Program-made: the position numbers and the translations under genes | Assembly: GCA_051047955.1 (NCBI GenBank) | Contig: JBPGPT010000004.1 | Span: 744,001-782,750 of the forward strand | Source of the DNA: Cystobasidiomycetes sp. EMM_F5 | Taxonomy: Eukaryota | Length of the DNA: 38,750 nt | Reading direction: 5' to 3' | Notes under the pieces: generated by a model | The model's input: the letters and a program-made list of their open reading frames with translations, nothing else | Databases searched by the model: none | What the model was told of the DNA's origin: nothing | In this document: one piece after another, positions 22,549 to 35,375 of the stretch | Numbering within the stretch: position 1 is the first letter of the stretch | Layout of the letters: every line of letters begins with the position of its first letter

Positions 22549-24384
22549 ATGTCCGCTACAGAGACACCTATTATGGCTGCTTTAGAAGCACCCGTCGACG
22601 AGAATCACTTCGACTACATCATCGTAGGAACCGGTCTTCGAGAAAGCATACTAGCAGCGTGAGGATCGTTCCGGCCACAAAGCCAGCACGTTCGAAGCTC
22701 ATTGACCATGAAGTCAGTGCATTAGCCCGTCAAGGATCCAGCGTTCTCCAAGTCGACGAGCGCCCATACTACGGTGCCGAACAAGCATCATTGAGCCTGG
22801 TCGAATTGGACGATTGGTCAAGAAGTGTGGACCGTACCCGTTATAGCAATGTCGAGCTCAAGTATCGCGATGGCGATGCCTGGTCAACGTCCCTACCGCA
22901 ACACCTGCGGGCTTCCTCGCGCAAATACAGCCTGTCTCTCTGCCCGGTCCTAGTGCCAGCGGTATGCCCTTTCGTGAGGACTCTCATTGCGTCTGGCGTC
23001 GCCAAATACACCAACTTCAATCTGCTGGAGGGAGTTGCCATGTATTCAGACGGCACCTTCCAGCCAGCTGCGCTCAGCAAAGCGGACATTTTCAATGACA
23101 AGGAGCTGAGCTTAATAGACAAGCGAAAGTTAATGAAATTTCTCGCTTTTGCGACTGGCGATTATTCACGCAGTCCTCTGATGGAAGGTATGTAAAAGTT
23201 GGCACTTGTACGCTTTGAGCTGAGTTTAGACTGCAGCCGACGGCAGGCTACCCTTGTCCGACTTCCTCGCAAAGCATTTCGGTTTGCAGAACAAGCTAAA
23301 AGATAATATAATATATGCGGCATCGCTCGAGACTTCCCAGTCTGGTGCTTTGCTATATTTGTTGCTTGTAGTTGGAACCAATCGCTGACGGAGCCGGTGA
23401 ACCAGGCGATGCCATCCATGCTCTCGGAAGGTTGCAAAAATACATGAAGTCGACCGGACGCTTCGGGACATCTCCATTTCTGCTGCCAGAATACGGCGGA
23501 ATGGGCGAATTGACGCAAGGCTTCTGCAGGTGCGAGGTTTTCAGCGTCAGCAGACGACGTTAGCAGCTGATACGAGTAACCGTGGAAAAGAGCATGTGCA
23601 GTGCACGGCGGTGTGAACATGCTAGGACGCCGGCTTAGCGATATGCAAGACGCAAGTTGCCAAGCTTCAGCAAGCATCACCGCAGACGGCCAAGATACCT
23701 TCACCGCCAACTGTCTGGTCCGTAGTGTCCCCGCAAGAGACAGCAGCCGATGTTATAGCCGAGGTCTTGTTCTCCTGGACAAACGCTTACCACTGCCTGT
23801 ACGGTCTCTGCTAAGCGCAACACCGGACATATACGATGGGGAGAAGACGCAGGATCATGACACCGTCCGGCTGGCGGAACATGCGCTATTCATCTTGCCC
23901 CCTGGTAGCATGGACACACACCTTCCTGCGTGCCCTGTCTTCGGCTTGATGGTAGGGCCGAATACATTCGGGACACCCGAAGGGCAGTGTGAGTGCGGCC
24001 AAATAATATGGCTGCAATTAGCTCAGATCAGAATTTGCAGATGCACTTTATCTGTACAGCATTACTCCCACTACACATCAAACTGCACAGAGCGTGCTTC
24101 AGCCTTGCTTGAATGCCCTACTGGAGTACAACAATGATATTGCCGAGCCAGCGCAACCGTTGTTAACATTGTTCTACAACGAAGTGGCGCCTGGACGCCT
24201 CGTCTACACCGGATCGGGCGCTACTACGGAACAAGAGGATGCTCCATTCGAACAGGCCTCTGCTGGACTTGCTGAGATCTGTGATGACGCTGCGGAGGAA
24301 GCCTTGCGGGTGTTCTCGCAATTGACGGGCGAGCGCGAGCTGTTCGAAACCGCAGACGCATCCGTCGAGCCGGATGAAGAGTGA
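22549..24384 (+). CDS. MRS6: Rab escort protein (Rab geranylgeranyltransferase component A), GDI/REP family
   Basis: FDYIIVGTGLRESILAA-ALARQG-x-SVLQVD-x3-YYG, SRKYSLSLCP, SKADIF-x5-SLIDKRKLMKFL and [32 protein letters not shown]. The divergence and acidic C-terminus favour REP over Gdi1. Confidence 0.85.
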
Positions 24385-24470
24385 TGTAATGACAGATTAG
24401 TCATTTGAGAGTTGTAGATAGGCTGCCTTTGCTATGGATCGCTATGTTGGCAGTGCCATCCACATATCCT

Positions 24471-25340
24471 TTACGCCCTTTCAAACTTGGCTGATATTTC
24501 TGATATTGATACTGGTGCTCCCGCCTGAGACGATCACAGCTGTGTTAGTATCGAAATTGATGTCGAAGGTATGTGATCAAACCTTCTCATCGTAGTCGTC
24601 CCAGCGGCCGTCTTCGAATTCGAAATCTTCAAACACTGTGCCTGATTCCACACCTTGACATCGCCAACTTCCCTGTAATGGAAGTGATGAGCGAGGGCAG
24701 GCCCATGGACAGATGGGTCTTACCCTAGGCTCGAAGTCGACAAATTCACAACCGCGACATTCAAAAACAACCATAGGCGATGACTGGTTCACCTCGGACT
24801 TCTCCATCGTATGTTCAGCAGGCACCAATGCCTTGCCTTTGGGATCATCAAAGACGGCTGTAGACTCCCTCTGCGAGACTTTCTATCAGCGAGATGTTTC
24901 ATGGAATGCGCGATATGAGCAGGTATGAGCCTACTTTGCAGAAACTGCAGCGGAATACAAAATTGGCAGTCCCCCGACTTCCGCTGATTTCCCTTTCATC
25001 CTGGGCAGAAGCCACACTATTTCAGCCGGATAGTCTGCTGCAAACCGAATACACGTACTGTGCGGCTTATGCCGATGACATTTGGATGTATTTCGCGGCA
25101 GGACGAGCACTGCACCTTGCAGAAATACGTGTAGTCATCTGTTGTCGGGCGGAGATTATTGACGCCCTCGAGGTTAGCCTATAGCCAGAGGAGGTATGCC
25201 GTGAGCATTGTTAGTATCCAATGAGTTAGTGCCGTCAGTCGTCTGCGGGCGGACCTTGAAGGATAGCTTGAGTTTCTAGGAATCCGCTGGACATCAGTCC
25301 TGATGGCATGCCATGCGATGAGAATGACACTGACAACCAT
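24471..25340 (-). CDS. DUF866/UPF0587 (CZIB, C1orf123-like) CXXC zinc-binding protein
   Basis: Spliced MV-KLKLSFK-ANLEGVNNLRP...FCKVQCSSCREIHP...SGSRGTANFVFRCSFCK...FECRGCEFVDFEP...ESGTVF...WDDYDEK-AGAPVSISEISAKFERA*, with two CxxC motifs. Confidence 0.93.
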
Positions 25341-25594
25341 GGCTTTGCGATATCAGATGGTCAATGATTTGAAAGACATCCAAGCTGGAGTTTCAGAATT
25401 TCAGCACATCTTGCCATCATCCCAATCGACGACTCTGCTCAGTCGACACATTTCTGGAGGTTCTCAACCCGCATCTTACCCAGTCTCTAACAGGTCGGCT
25501 TCAGAATCTCCTGCCGTCCTGCTTTCCCGATATCCAGATTCTCAGAAGATTTACACCAGAAACGATAAAGTCGACACCCGCTCGGCTCCAATGA

Positions 25595-27567
25595 ATGAAC
25601 GCGCCCGCTCGCATTTGGCAGCGTAAGCTTTGGAAGTCGCTCGCATACTCTACGTCTTCCGCAGCTAGGGCGTACACACCCTCCGGTCTCAGCAATTCCG
25701 ACGAGGAGCTTGACCGAGACACAACGAAAGCAGTATTCGAAACGCGTTTAAAAGAGCCACATCGGGCATCCGAAAGCGGTTCACGACCAGCCTTCAGGCC
25801 TCGCTCTATAGACAGCAAAGTCGCAAGTGCATCTCACAAAAATGAAGCTGCAGACGGTGTACTGCAATATCGCTCAAACAACAGGCCAGCAGGTCGACGA
25901 GTACTATTCGGCGAAGAGTTCAGATACGGAACCCTCCCAAAAGGCTTCGCCAATCTCGACGCCAGCGCACCTCGGAAGCTGGCAGATATCTCCGCCAGGC
26001 CCTCGTTCCGCCGGCAGGCAGGCAGCGCCAAGACGGATGTAGAAGTGCTGGTCATTCCAAGCAAGTCGCTATCTCGTACCGATGCTAGTCCCTTACCGGT
26101 AGAGCGAGGACGTCTCGTCCCAGAAGTAGGGATCCAGACTTTCACGCAGCCGCGTGTGAAGGTGGGCCAATCGATGCCTGTCAAGTTGGACCGATTAGCC
26201 GGCGCAGCTATCCCTCGAGAGACCAAGGCTCATAGGATCGACAAATTGTTCGACCCATCCCCTGCAACGAGCGCAGAACTTGTCCGTGCTCTCAAAAATG
26301 CGACAGCGCTACAGCCCGATATTACCGATCTCGAGCATATCATAGAGATCTTCCAACGCTACGACGAGATTGCTACGACTTCGTGTTATAATGTCTTGCT
26401 AGAAGCGGCCCACAGATCCAGTCATCGAGCCTTGTTCAAGCGCATACTAGGGTCCATGAACGAGCACAACGTCACTTATGACAGTCAGACATGGAACGTA
26501 ATTGCCGTTCATCGAACTCACGTTGGTCAATGGCGCTCCCTACTGGACTCCATCGATGAGCGAAATCAGGCCGGGATCCCATTGGACATTATTGGCTGGA
26601 CCCGAATCGTCGGCGCAACAACGCAGAACGGCGCTATTCATTTGGAAGAGCAGAAACTATCCGGTCACGATTACAAGCCATCGCCATCTTTGCTCGCTCA
26701 TGTAAGGCAGAGATTGTCACGGAATGCTCGGCCACTCAGCCCTCGCGAAGTCTTCCTTCAGCCTCGAACGGACGTCGATGCATTCCTGGCAGCTCTGCTC
26801 CCTGAAGGCGTGGAAACGCTTGATTACCAATGCACGCTCGTAGTTGCGCAACGGCTCGCTAGACAATGTCGTCTGGAAGAAGCCCAGGAGCTTGTAGATA
26901 ACTATTTGGACGACATACCGAGCCCGCCTGACACACAAGAGGCCACTGCGCCCACTGATGAGAATGTCCGCATCAGCAAATTTGACATGGTGAGCGCCTA
27001 CTTCCGTGTTCCACTCTGCTCAACTGATCACACTGTGCGTAGTCGTTCAGAGCCCGCGACCGAGCTCGCAATAACGCGTTCGACACGCCCTGTATGGCAT
27101 TCCTGCATGTACTCATCGAGGGTCATGTAATCAAGAGGATACGCATGAAAGAGATCAAGGGCTTCCTTAAAAACTACCTCCGCAAGCATGAAAGACATTC
27201 GCCACAGCCTACCTATCTCACGCTGTACCAGCTACTGAATGCATACAGGAACCAACCTCCACACTTGGCGTATCCCCATGCAAGAGACTTCTTTGAGGAG
27301 TTTCAGCGAACATACAACTTGCAGGCGTCGACCACCATGGACAGATTTGCTCTGGCGAAATGCCACAAGTCGATACAACAGTACGCCAGAGTGCTGACGC
27401 GGCCGGGATCTACTTCAACTGCGTCAGTCAAAGCTGCCATTCAAGACGAGGTGCGATTGAAGTATAACCTTGACATGTCACAGGTGATTGGTCACTCGCA
27501 GCGAAGCAAACGCGGCTTCATCGGATCGACTATGGTCAAACGGTCCCGTCGATACGAGAATGGGTAA
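25595..27567 (+). CDS. Pentatricopeptide-repeat (PPR)-like protein, probably mitochondrial
   Basis: A 511-codon ORF plus a second exon, with a basic presequence-like N-terminus and roughly 35-aa degenerate repeats (TSCYNVLLEAAHRS..., DSQTWNVI..., DIIGWTRIV..., PTYLTLYQLLNAY). Confidence 0.7.
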
Positions 27568-27685
27568 ATTCAAACGCCAAAGTTTTCGTGAAACAACAAA
27601 TTTTTGGGAATACCGTGCTCCTCCCCGCCGCGCGGCTATTGGAAACTTCATTTGCGGACGGACCAACCTCTATGCAGTTGGCTGG

Positions 27686-28866
27686 TTACTTCTTGAGTCC
27701 AGCTGCATGGCTCGAACCTCCGAGACCGCTAGCATGCTGCGTTGCTGTCTGTATACATCTCGCGATGGTGCTCCGCACGCGTCCATCTTCCAGGGTCAGC
27801 AAGCCAGCGATCGTGCATCCGCCCGGAGCTGCGCCTCTGTTCAGCACATATCCGTGTGGCCTGCAGTCCTCTCCAACCTACTGGTAACGCTATCCTTGAT
27901 GGAAGCTGGGTGCAGACCCGACTGCAGTACCATTCTCGCTGCACCTTGCATTGTCTGAGCAGCTAGCTCGAGTGCTTCTGCTCTCGGCAAGCCCATCATG
28001 ACACCTCCGTCGGCCATTGCTTCAAGGACTAGGCAAGCGAAAGCTGGACCGGATCCCGAGAGAGCCGTGCAAGCATCGAAATGCTTTTCTTCCAAAAATC
28101 TACACCTCCCGATCGGACTAAACATGGACGTCAAGATCTTGCGGTCAAGATTGGCCATGTTGGATCCGGTCGCTGGCGGTGTGCACACCGTCATGCCCTC
28201 TCGGATCTGCGGGCGATACTCAGTCAACTCTTCGAGGTTCCGTGGCAAATCAGAAAGCGTCACACACCTTGCACGGCGTATTTGGCATTGCTCGGACAAC
28301 TCTGGTGCTCTCTGGTACCCAAGTCTGAAGCTGCGCTATCCGTGTTCCGGCCAGTATAGAAATCAAGAGTTTGCCTTCCAGCGCGGCCGTCATTCCCTGT
28401 TCTGTCAGGATGCTCTGAGCCATCTGAGGTTTACAACTAGGCGTACACTGTTGTTAGGTGGTTTTTGACTTAAGGCTTTCAAACCGTACCACAACAGCAC
28501 CACGTCGGCCTTTTCGGCTGCTTGCACGTTGCTCCCTGCCTGAACCTTGACCTCTGCACCACCTGGCATAGCCTTGAACGTCTTTGCCAGCTTTCGAGCG
28601 CTTTCTTCGCGGTTGACTGTCGCAATATATGCGTCTGGAAGACTTTCGATATCGGCATTGAATATCTGCGAGCTCGACGGCGAGGGGGACGCTGCGCCGT
28701 TCTCTTGGTTCAGCCTGTCCAGCGCAGACCCGGATGGGTGTCCATTCTGCAAAGAGCTGCTCGACGACGCTGCGGCTGCTCCGGTTTCGCTGACTGTGCT
28801 CAGCACGCCCGACAGCACGGCGATGCCCATAGTCCCGCACCCAATAACGCATAGCGTGTACGGCAT
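27686..28866 (-). CDS. PRO3: Delta-1-pyrroline-5-carboxylate reductase
   Basis: N-terminal VIGCGTMG, ADVVLL, FDACTALSGSGPAF, EAMADGGVMMGLPR, AAQTMQGAARM and HPASIKDSVT-TPGGCTIAGL. Stop at 27686. Confidence 0.96.
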
Positions 28867-28999
28867 GCTGTTCAGGTAATTTGGAGTGAATTGAGCAGAG
28901 TCAAGCTGAGAATTGGCAATCAGATAAGATTAAATCAAACAACGAAGAATGATCGCAAACGCAGGTTGGCCTTGCATCGACCGTCTGGACAATGTCGGA

Positions 29000-29895
29000 A
29001 TGTCGAAAGATGCGCAAAGAAATGCTGCGAGCAGCTCTGGCATCGCAGAGTACGCCCAAGATCCAGACAAGGCCGTGAGGGTAGCTGTTCAGACGGCCGG
29101 TTTCGGTGGGATATTAGACCCTGCTTTTGCGATTGACTGGCTGACACGAGGTATCGCAGCTACTCTCGGAGGCGTCTACGGCGCTGCGGCCGCATTCTTT
29201 CGCCATGCGCCCACCGTCCCAGTCGCCCTAGCCAGCGGCATAAATTTCGGAACAACGGCCTTCATATTCTTTTGTAGGAACAGCTGTTTTACGGACTCTA
29301 CAAACAACTGAAGCCTTTATTCACAGCTCTGCGAGAATATGTCTCCCTGCCGGCTTCGAATTACCTGCAGACAGCCAACGCCTTCAAGCCGATACAATCA
29401 CTTCATTTCCGTAGCGTGCCAGAGTCCGCTTCGGCGGGGATTGGAACAGGAGCTCTTCTTGCATACTATCACTGTTAGTATAGATGTTTCTCCCGATTTC
29501 GGAAAATTTCTGATCAGGCTTTCTCCGCAGTCCGGCAAGCGAGTAGGGCTGTAAGGGGAGGCATAACAGTCGGTCTAGGAGCTACACTCGGACAGATTCT
29601 GCTGAATGAAGCAAACGCTGCGCGCGTACGATACCTGGAGCGCAACTCGGACACATCGAGCATCACGTCCACGGGCGAAATCATACATCAGCTACCAGCG
29701 AGACCGCCCTTGACGGCGAGAGCGGCAGACGCGTTGCTGTCTGTTGCTCCCGTACGCAGATTGACGGACGACGAATACGTGCAAACGTTGCGAGAGCAGA
29801 CTGCACAAACCCGGCAGGAACTCCGTTTCGTAAACGACCAAATTCGCCTGGCCGAATTGGCATTGGACGCGCAACAGAGGAAAAGTCATGAATAG
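29000..29895 (+). CDS. Conserved fungal membrane protein with Gly-rich (Tim17/22/23-like) TM segments and C-terminal coiled coil
   Basis: Small-residue-rich TM segments (ATLGGVYGAAAAFF, ALASGINFGTTAFIFF, SAGIGTGALL, GGITVGLGATLGQ), then PVRRLTDDEYVQTL and a heptad-like tail. GT-AG introns. Confidence 0.6.
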
Positions 29896-30053
29896 ATCCA
29901 AGCGTTTTGCGCATACGTGTCATCATGCACGTCGCGTACAATACTTCCATCACCCAAAGCTTAATGTGCTAGTGAACAACGAAGAAATAGCTATGCTCCA
30001 AAATACTAATACTGCTTGACTGACCTACATACTGGCTGGTCGATGCCATGACA

Positions 30054-32808
30054 TCACTGCAATCCCTTAGCTAAACTTGCAGCTACAGTCTGCAAGGCCT
30101 TTTCGTGCTGTGTCTCGGCTCTGCGAGCCGCAATACCTTGGAGCACGTGTCGTATAGTCGAAATCGGGAGCCTGTCTTTTGCGCCGTTAGCACGAGATAA
30201 CAGACCGTCTATCAAACTAAGTGCATTTGCCGCCATCTCTGGCGGCATCTTGGCAGATTCTATAGCGTAATCGTTAAGCCACTTTATAGCTATGTCGATG
30301 GCGCGAGAGGGTGCGTTTCGTATGCTAGACGTGATACTACGTCCATAAGGCAATGTAGTGTTTGTCGCAGGGGCAGAACCGTTCAATCGGCGATCTACTG
30401 AAGACTGCGCAGATTGGTCGTCATTCTCCTCCAAAGCGGCATACGAGGCTTCTGTGCCGTTGACGTTAGGCGCATCGCCATCCACGATTTGCGTATTGGT
30501 ATGGGCTTCGATAATAGCGGTGAGAGCACTTTCTGCACCGGCGCTCGTTGTTGTGAGGAGAGTGAGGGCAATGATGGCTTCGTTGACCAGTATGGGATAC
30601 TTCTCCGCCGTTCGCATCATCTCTGCTAATGCGCCAGTCACCCCTGCGTTTCCTTCGAGAGCCTGCCTTGCTTTGCCTTTCAACATAGCTGTGTCGAACC
30701 CGCCTAGAGCGGCTGGCGTTATAGGCGAAGTGACGCTTCTCGCAGAGTAGAGGGATCGGATAATATTGACTAGAACGCGCGCGGCTTCGAAGCGAAGTCG
30801 TGCTTCGGAGGTCCGCTGATTGAGCGCCAGAAGAGTCTCTAATGGAGCGGGCGGATGTAATGTCGAGCCCGCAAGCGGTGTAATCGTGACGACACGACTC
30901 GCTCCAGGACTTTGCTCAGGGACGGATACCTTAAGGGCGCTTGAGACGTTCCCGGCACAGAGATGCTTGACCGCGCCGACTGCAGCCGTCTGTAATGGTG
31001 GAACTACATCGAATTGTGTGGCCATCATCGCCGCGAGCGGAGGTATGAGCCCAGCATCGCACAGGACCTGCTTGTTCTCGCCTGCTATTGACAGATTCTT
31101 TACGAGACCCGTAATGGCGTACAGGACTTGTGTGGCCTCGCCAGGCCGTGACACCCCGGTATGTTTGGGATTCGCATACGCAACCAGCAATGCTGCAAGC
31201 GTATGCGCCAAGTCGTATTTGTGGACCAGAGATGCGCAATATTCATCTGCCGTGCCTGTCAGCCCCTGCGGCTGAGTCATACACATACAAGCCGACCTAC
31301 CTTTTCGTGCTACATTTGCAAGAATGGTGGCGCCACTGATTACGAGATCCGCTCTGGAAGACTTTAGCCACTTCACAGCCGTGTCTACCAGCCATTGACA
31401 GGAGACGCCGGCCTTGACAAAGGCAGCTTCCATGACGCGATCACTTCCGGACACACCAACAACTATGCGGGCGACAGATGCTTTGATATGAGAGAAGGTT
31501 TGTGTAGCTTCCAGACTGTCGCTATTCGCATCGAGGTCGCGTTTTGCAATTGCCGTTTGTGCCGGACTAAGCTGAGCGTTTTCGATAAAATCGACCAACT
31601 CTTGCAGTATTGTTCCTTTTCCTGCAGTAGAAGATGATGAAGACGCGACGAGTTGTGCAGACACTCGTTGGGGGCATGCCGAAAATGCCAAAACATTTTG
31701 CAGAGTCTCAGAATCGTAAACTTGGTTTTCGAGCAGCTCACTTGCTTCGCTTAGCAAGACAAGATCGCTTTCCAAAAAATCATGAGCGGTCTCAAACGGT
31801 AGGTTGAGTGAAGAAGCCGGACTCGCAGAGCTAGACGTAGAAGAATATTGCAGGGAGGAGATAAGGGATGTTAAGTTAATGGCAAGCGAGTCCGGTATTG
31901 GCGCTGTGTTTGCAATTCAGTCATCATGAATCTGCAGTCGGCTTTGCGCGGGCCGCCTACCCTTAGTCTTGAAGAGCTCCACGAGCAGCTTCATTGACCA
32001 TTCGACCGTGACACACCGCGTCTTGGCGTCTTGTGTGCTATATGTTTGTGTTGTCCATACCCCTATAGGATATAGTTGAAGGTTTCTGCCGATTAGGGCA
32101 CTGCTATCATGCTTGACAAGCGTTTCGCGGATGTCGGCTGAAACGCTCATTTTCAGTTTATTGCGGAATATTGTGCGTACGGCGTAGCGTACGTGTATCA
32201 ATGACGAGATTCAGTAGAGCACCAGTACACGCTTTTATCGCTTGTATGTGCATTGTGTCGTTGTCGTTGGTCGAATTCAACATTGTGAGCGCTTGCAGCA
32301 GGAGGTACGGAATGTCGACAGCGGTGCATTGTATTCTGTTTTGCGCTGGAATCAGAGCATCAAACGTCAGCATCGTTCAATCTATGTGCATCGATGACGA
32401 CGGGCTCACGGTGATCCAACACAAGGTTGCCTACAACTCTTGCCAGCTGTATCTGGACTCGCCATATCGCATCGACGTCCGTTTGTTTAGCAACCAAGCT
32501 TTCTCGTAGCAGTCTTGCGATATGCTTCAATAGCTGCGTCTGTCCCAAACGAGTTCTTACTGTCTCTACATGGAATATCCCTAATCAGTTTCATCGTTTC
32601 TTAACGGATACGCAACGCCAGCCAGCGTACCCGACTTGAGCGAGTCTGCGCATCGTTGGGCTACGTCTGCCGTCCTGCTCCAATCCACGGCCAGTAAGTC
32701 TCGAGACCCGTCAAGGCCGTTTATCGCTGGCTGGGTCTGCTCGTCGTCAGTCTGCAGATGGTCCAGCAAGCTCGCCAGCTCGTCGGCTGCGTCGGATATC
32801 ACAGCCAT
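30054..32808 (-). CDS. Armadillo-repeat protein, SmgGDS/Rap1GDS1-like
   Basis: ARM-type helices throughout: QLARVVGNLVLDH, IKACTGALLNL, SGATILANVARK, GLVKNLSIAGENK, AVGAVKHL and EAARVLVNIIR. These match the SmgGDS-family pattern. Confidence 0.75.
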
Positions 32809-33056
32809 GGCAGGCGCAGAGCGGCAGTCTTTGCAGAGTCGCAAATTGGCAATTGGACGTCCGGAGAGCAATACGCGATAATGGCGGTACATGAATATGC
32901 GCTCGGATTCTCTGCAACGGTTTCAACGAGTCTACAAGCGAGTATAACAAGCACGGAAGCAGCATCTTATGGGATCCCAGGAACATTTAGCCGTTGACTT
33001 CTCGAATAACAATGCACTCTTAGATGAGTAAGGCACGTCTTGAATACGCTCGCCAT

Positions 33057-34305
33057 TCACGCAAGATGCTTCGTGAACCAGTCGACCGACTGTTTGAAGG
33101 CATCCTCCTTTGCTTTCTTGACTTGGGGCAGCGATAGATCACCCTGAATGGTGCACATGAAGGCATCCAAGAGGATGAGTTTAGCCATGCAACGATTCCA
33201 CTGTCTGACCGTGAGTCTGCTTACTCGCACTGCAAATCCGTGATCATTGTCCGCATAGTAAAAGCGCTTGTATTTGCTTTCACCGAGAGGTCCCAGTATC
33301 TCATCCGCTTGTTTCTGCGATTCGGCTGGGAACGCGCCGTCTCTTTCGCAAGTGAGCCACACAATAGGTACTGATGCTTTGGACAGTGCCTCGAGATCTG
33401 CTGGGACCTTGAGTTGCGAAGGATGAGCGAGTGCGCCTGCTTTGACCGCCTGATTGCCTTCAAGGATCAGATCCACCACGTATCGGGCTGTGGAAACGAA
33501 TACCCGTTGTCAGAACGAGCGCGCTTTCATCATCTACATCGGCTTTCACCTCCAAAGCAATATCCAGCGAGCCCTAGTTTGGTGTAGCCCTTCTGCTTCA
33601 AGGCTTCCAAGGCTGCATCAAGGGCAGGCCTTGTCTGTTGCGGTCCGTGATTGGGACGCCAGCCCTCCATAGTAAAGCCGGGATACTTGTCAGGGTTGGC
33701 CTTGAAGTCGGCTGGGATTGGATCGCCATTGAAGTAGTCGGCTGCGCACATCGATACATCAGTATATCTTGGCCATGAAAAACAAACGGGGTTGAAGAAT
33801 GGCGCACGGATATAAGTCAGGAATCCATTATCAGCAAACGAATCGGCAATGAGCTGGTTATTGATGAAGCTGTAGCCAAAAATGTCTAGAACAACCGGGT
33901 CAGCTTCAAGGGACTCTCTCAGAGTATCGCAAACTCGCCTGTGCAGATGACTACTGCAGCTCCACCGACCGCCTTGTCCGGCTTGGGCGTCGCAACGTAG
34001 ACCTTGTGTCCGCCTTGGAGGTCCTCAATCTTGCCTTCGGGATTGCCGTCATGCTTGACGACCTCAAAGCACTTGTCGCAAAACGGACCAGCAGCGGAGT
34101 TGGCGGAAGTTGCTGCAGACGACGACATATTGCGGTTAAGAGTCAACCGAGCTGCGTCCGAGTTGGTTTTGAAGAGATGGAACTGGAGCCGGCGGTCAAC
34201 CCGAAGCCGACGAGAGTGCTGCGAAGCCGGAAGAACGAGCCGAGACGATGCAGACGAGACCGGCGAGATACGAGCAATGGAGTGTATCGTCTTGGTCAGG
34301 CGCAT
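33057..34305 (-). CDS. Dienelactone hydrolase family protein (Aim2-like)
   Basis: DIFG, NNQLIADSFA, PDYFNGDP, nucleophile motif GYCFGG, AHPS, CERD and HGFAVRGD give a Cys-Asp-His triad. A second in-frame ATG lies at 34128. Confidence 0.93.
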
Positions 34306-34515
34306 GGAGCTGTTCTTGCGTCAGAAAAGCACGCAAAGACGGTCCAGAAGCGTCATCTCCACAATGCCATGTGATGCTTTTCTGTACTCTCAATTCGGGG
34401 TGAACCCATACACATTCTGTTGACTATAGCTACAAGTTGAGGTTACTGAAAGACGTTGCCCGCACAGCCGAGCTGGATCCGGGTTTGTTAATACTCGCGT
34501 ATACGATGATCCAGC

Positions 34516-35140
34516 CTACTTGTCGGTAGTGTGATGCGGGACAGCAAAGCTACGCAGCCGGTCGATGTTGCCTTCAACAGGGACAGTCTCGTACGAGCTG
34601 GCTGGTTGAGCGTGCTCGATCTTGCCGTCCTTTCGGAGGTACTGCATGGTAAGAAGGGCACGTCAATGATAGATATCGCGAGCTGCCACCGTAGATCCAC
34701 GTACGCGGTACTTGTAGAGAGAGCTCTCAGACTTGGAGCCGTTGTCCCACGGATTCGAGATGGGTCTGCATGTAGGTCAAGACTCAGTCAGGCCACATCT
34801 CCGCACGATGGCGTTTCCAGTCTCAAAGTATCGAACACTCACGCGTAGGCCCTCTCTGCGCTATTCGTACTTGTCCATCGTGTGCTACGAGAATGCACGC
34901 CCCGTCAGCACACCCATGCTTGCTGAGCTCCTACCAACGGCCGTCGGACCATCGGTACCCGACCATCGAGACTCACCTCAAGAAGAAGGCAGCTACGGAT
35001 ACCGCTCCACCGATAATGAGAGCCAACGGTAGGAGTGCTGGGTCTCTCTTTGCTGCTGCCGAGAATGCCTTTGTTCCCTGCTGAGCTGCCTTGGACGGTG
35101 CGCTGGCGTGGTTCGCGGGTCCCTGGCCGTGAGAAGACAT
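34516..35140 (-). CDS. Small single-pass membrane protein (about 130 aa), NDUFA4/MLRQ-like architecture, probably mitochondrial
   Basis: Four GT-AG exons give MSSHGQG...KAFSAAAKRDPALLPLALIIGGAVSVAAFFLSTRWTSTNSAERAYAPISNPWDNGSKSESSLYKYRYLRKDGKIEHAQPASSYETVPVEGNIDRLRSFAVPHHTTDK*. The P-x-L-x-PL TM entry and downstream NPW recall NDUFA4-like proteins. Confidence 0.7.
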
Positions 35141-35375
35141 GGTTATCTGGTTGATTATTGTTAAGTATTGGACGTCGAAGGTATGCTCGTATTGGTATTC
35201 TTGTAAAGGAAAGAGCAGCTGCATTTCATTATTGGTCATGAGCCCCCGCGATCGACGCTTATTGGCCCTCCTGATCTCGCACGTCATAATTCAAGTAATT
35301 CTGCAACATGAAAGAAGACCACAACAAGCAAGACACACACGTAACCACTGCAGATACTGAATACGGTGACGGATC

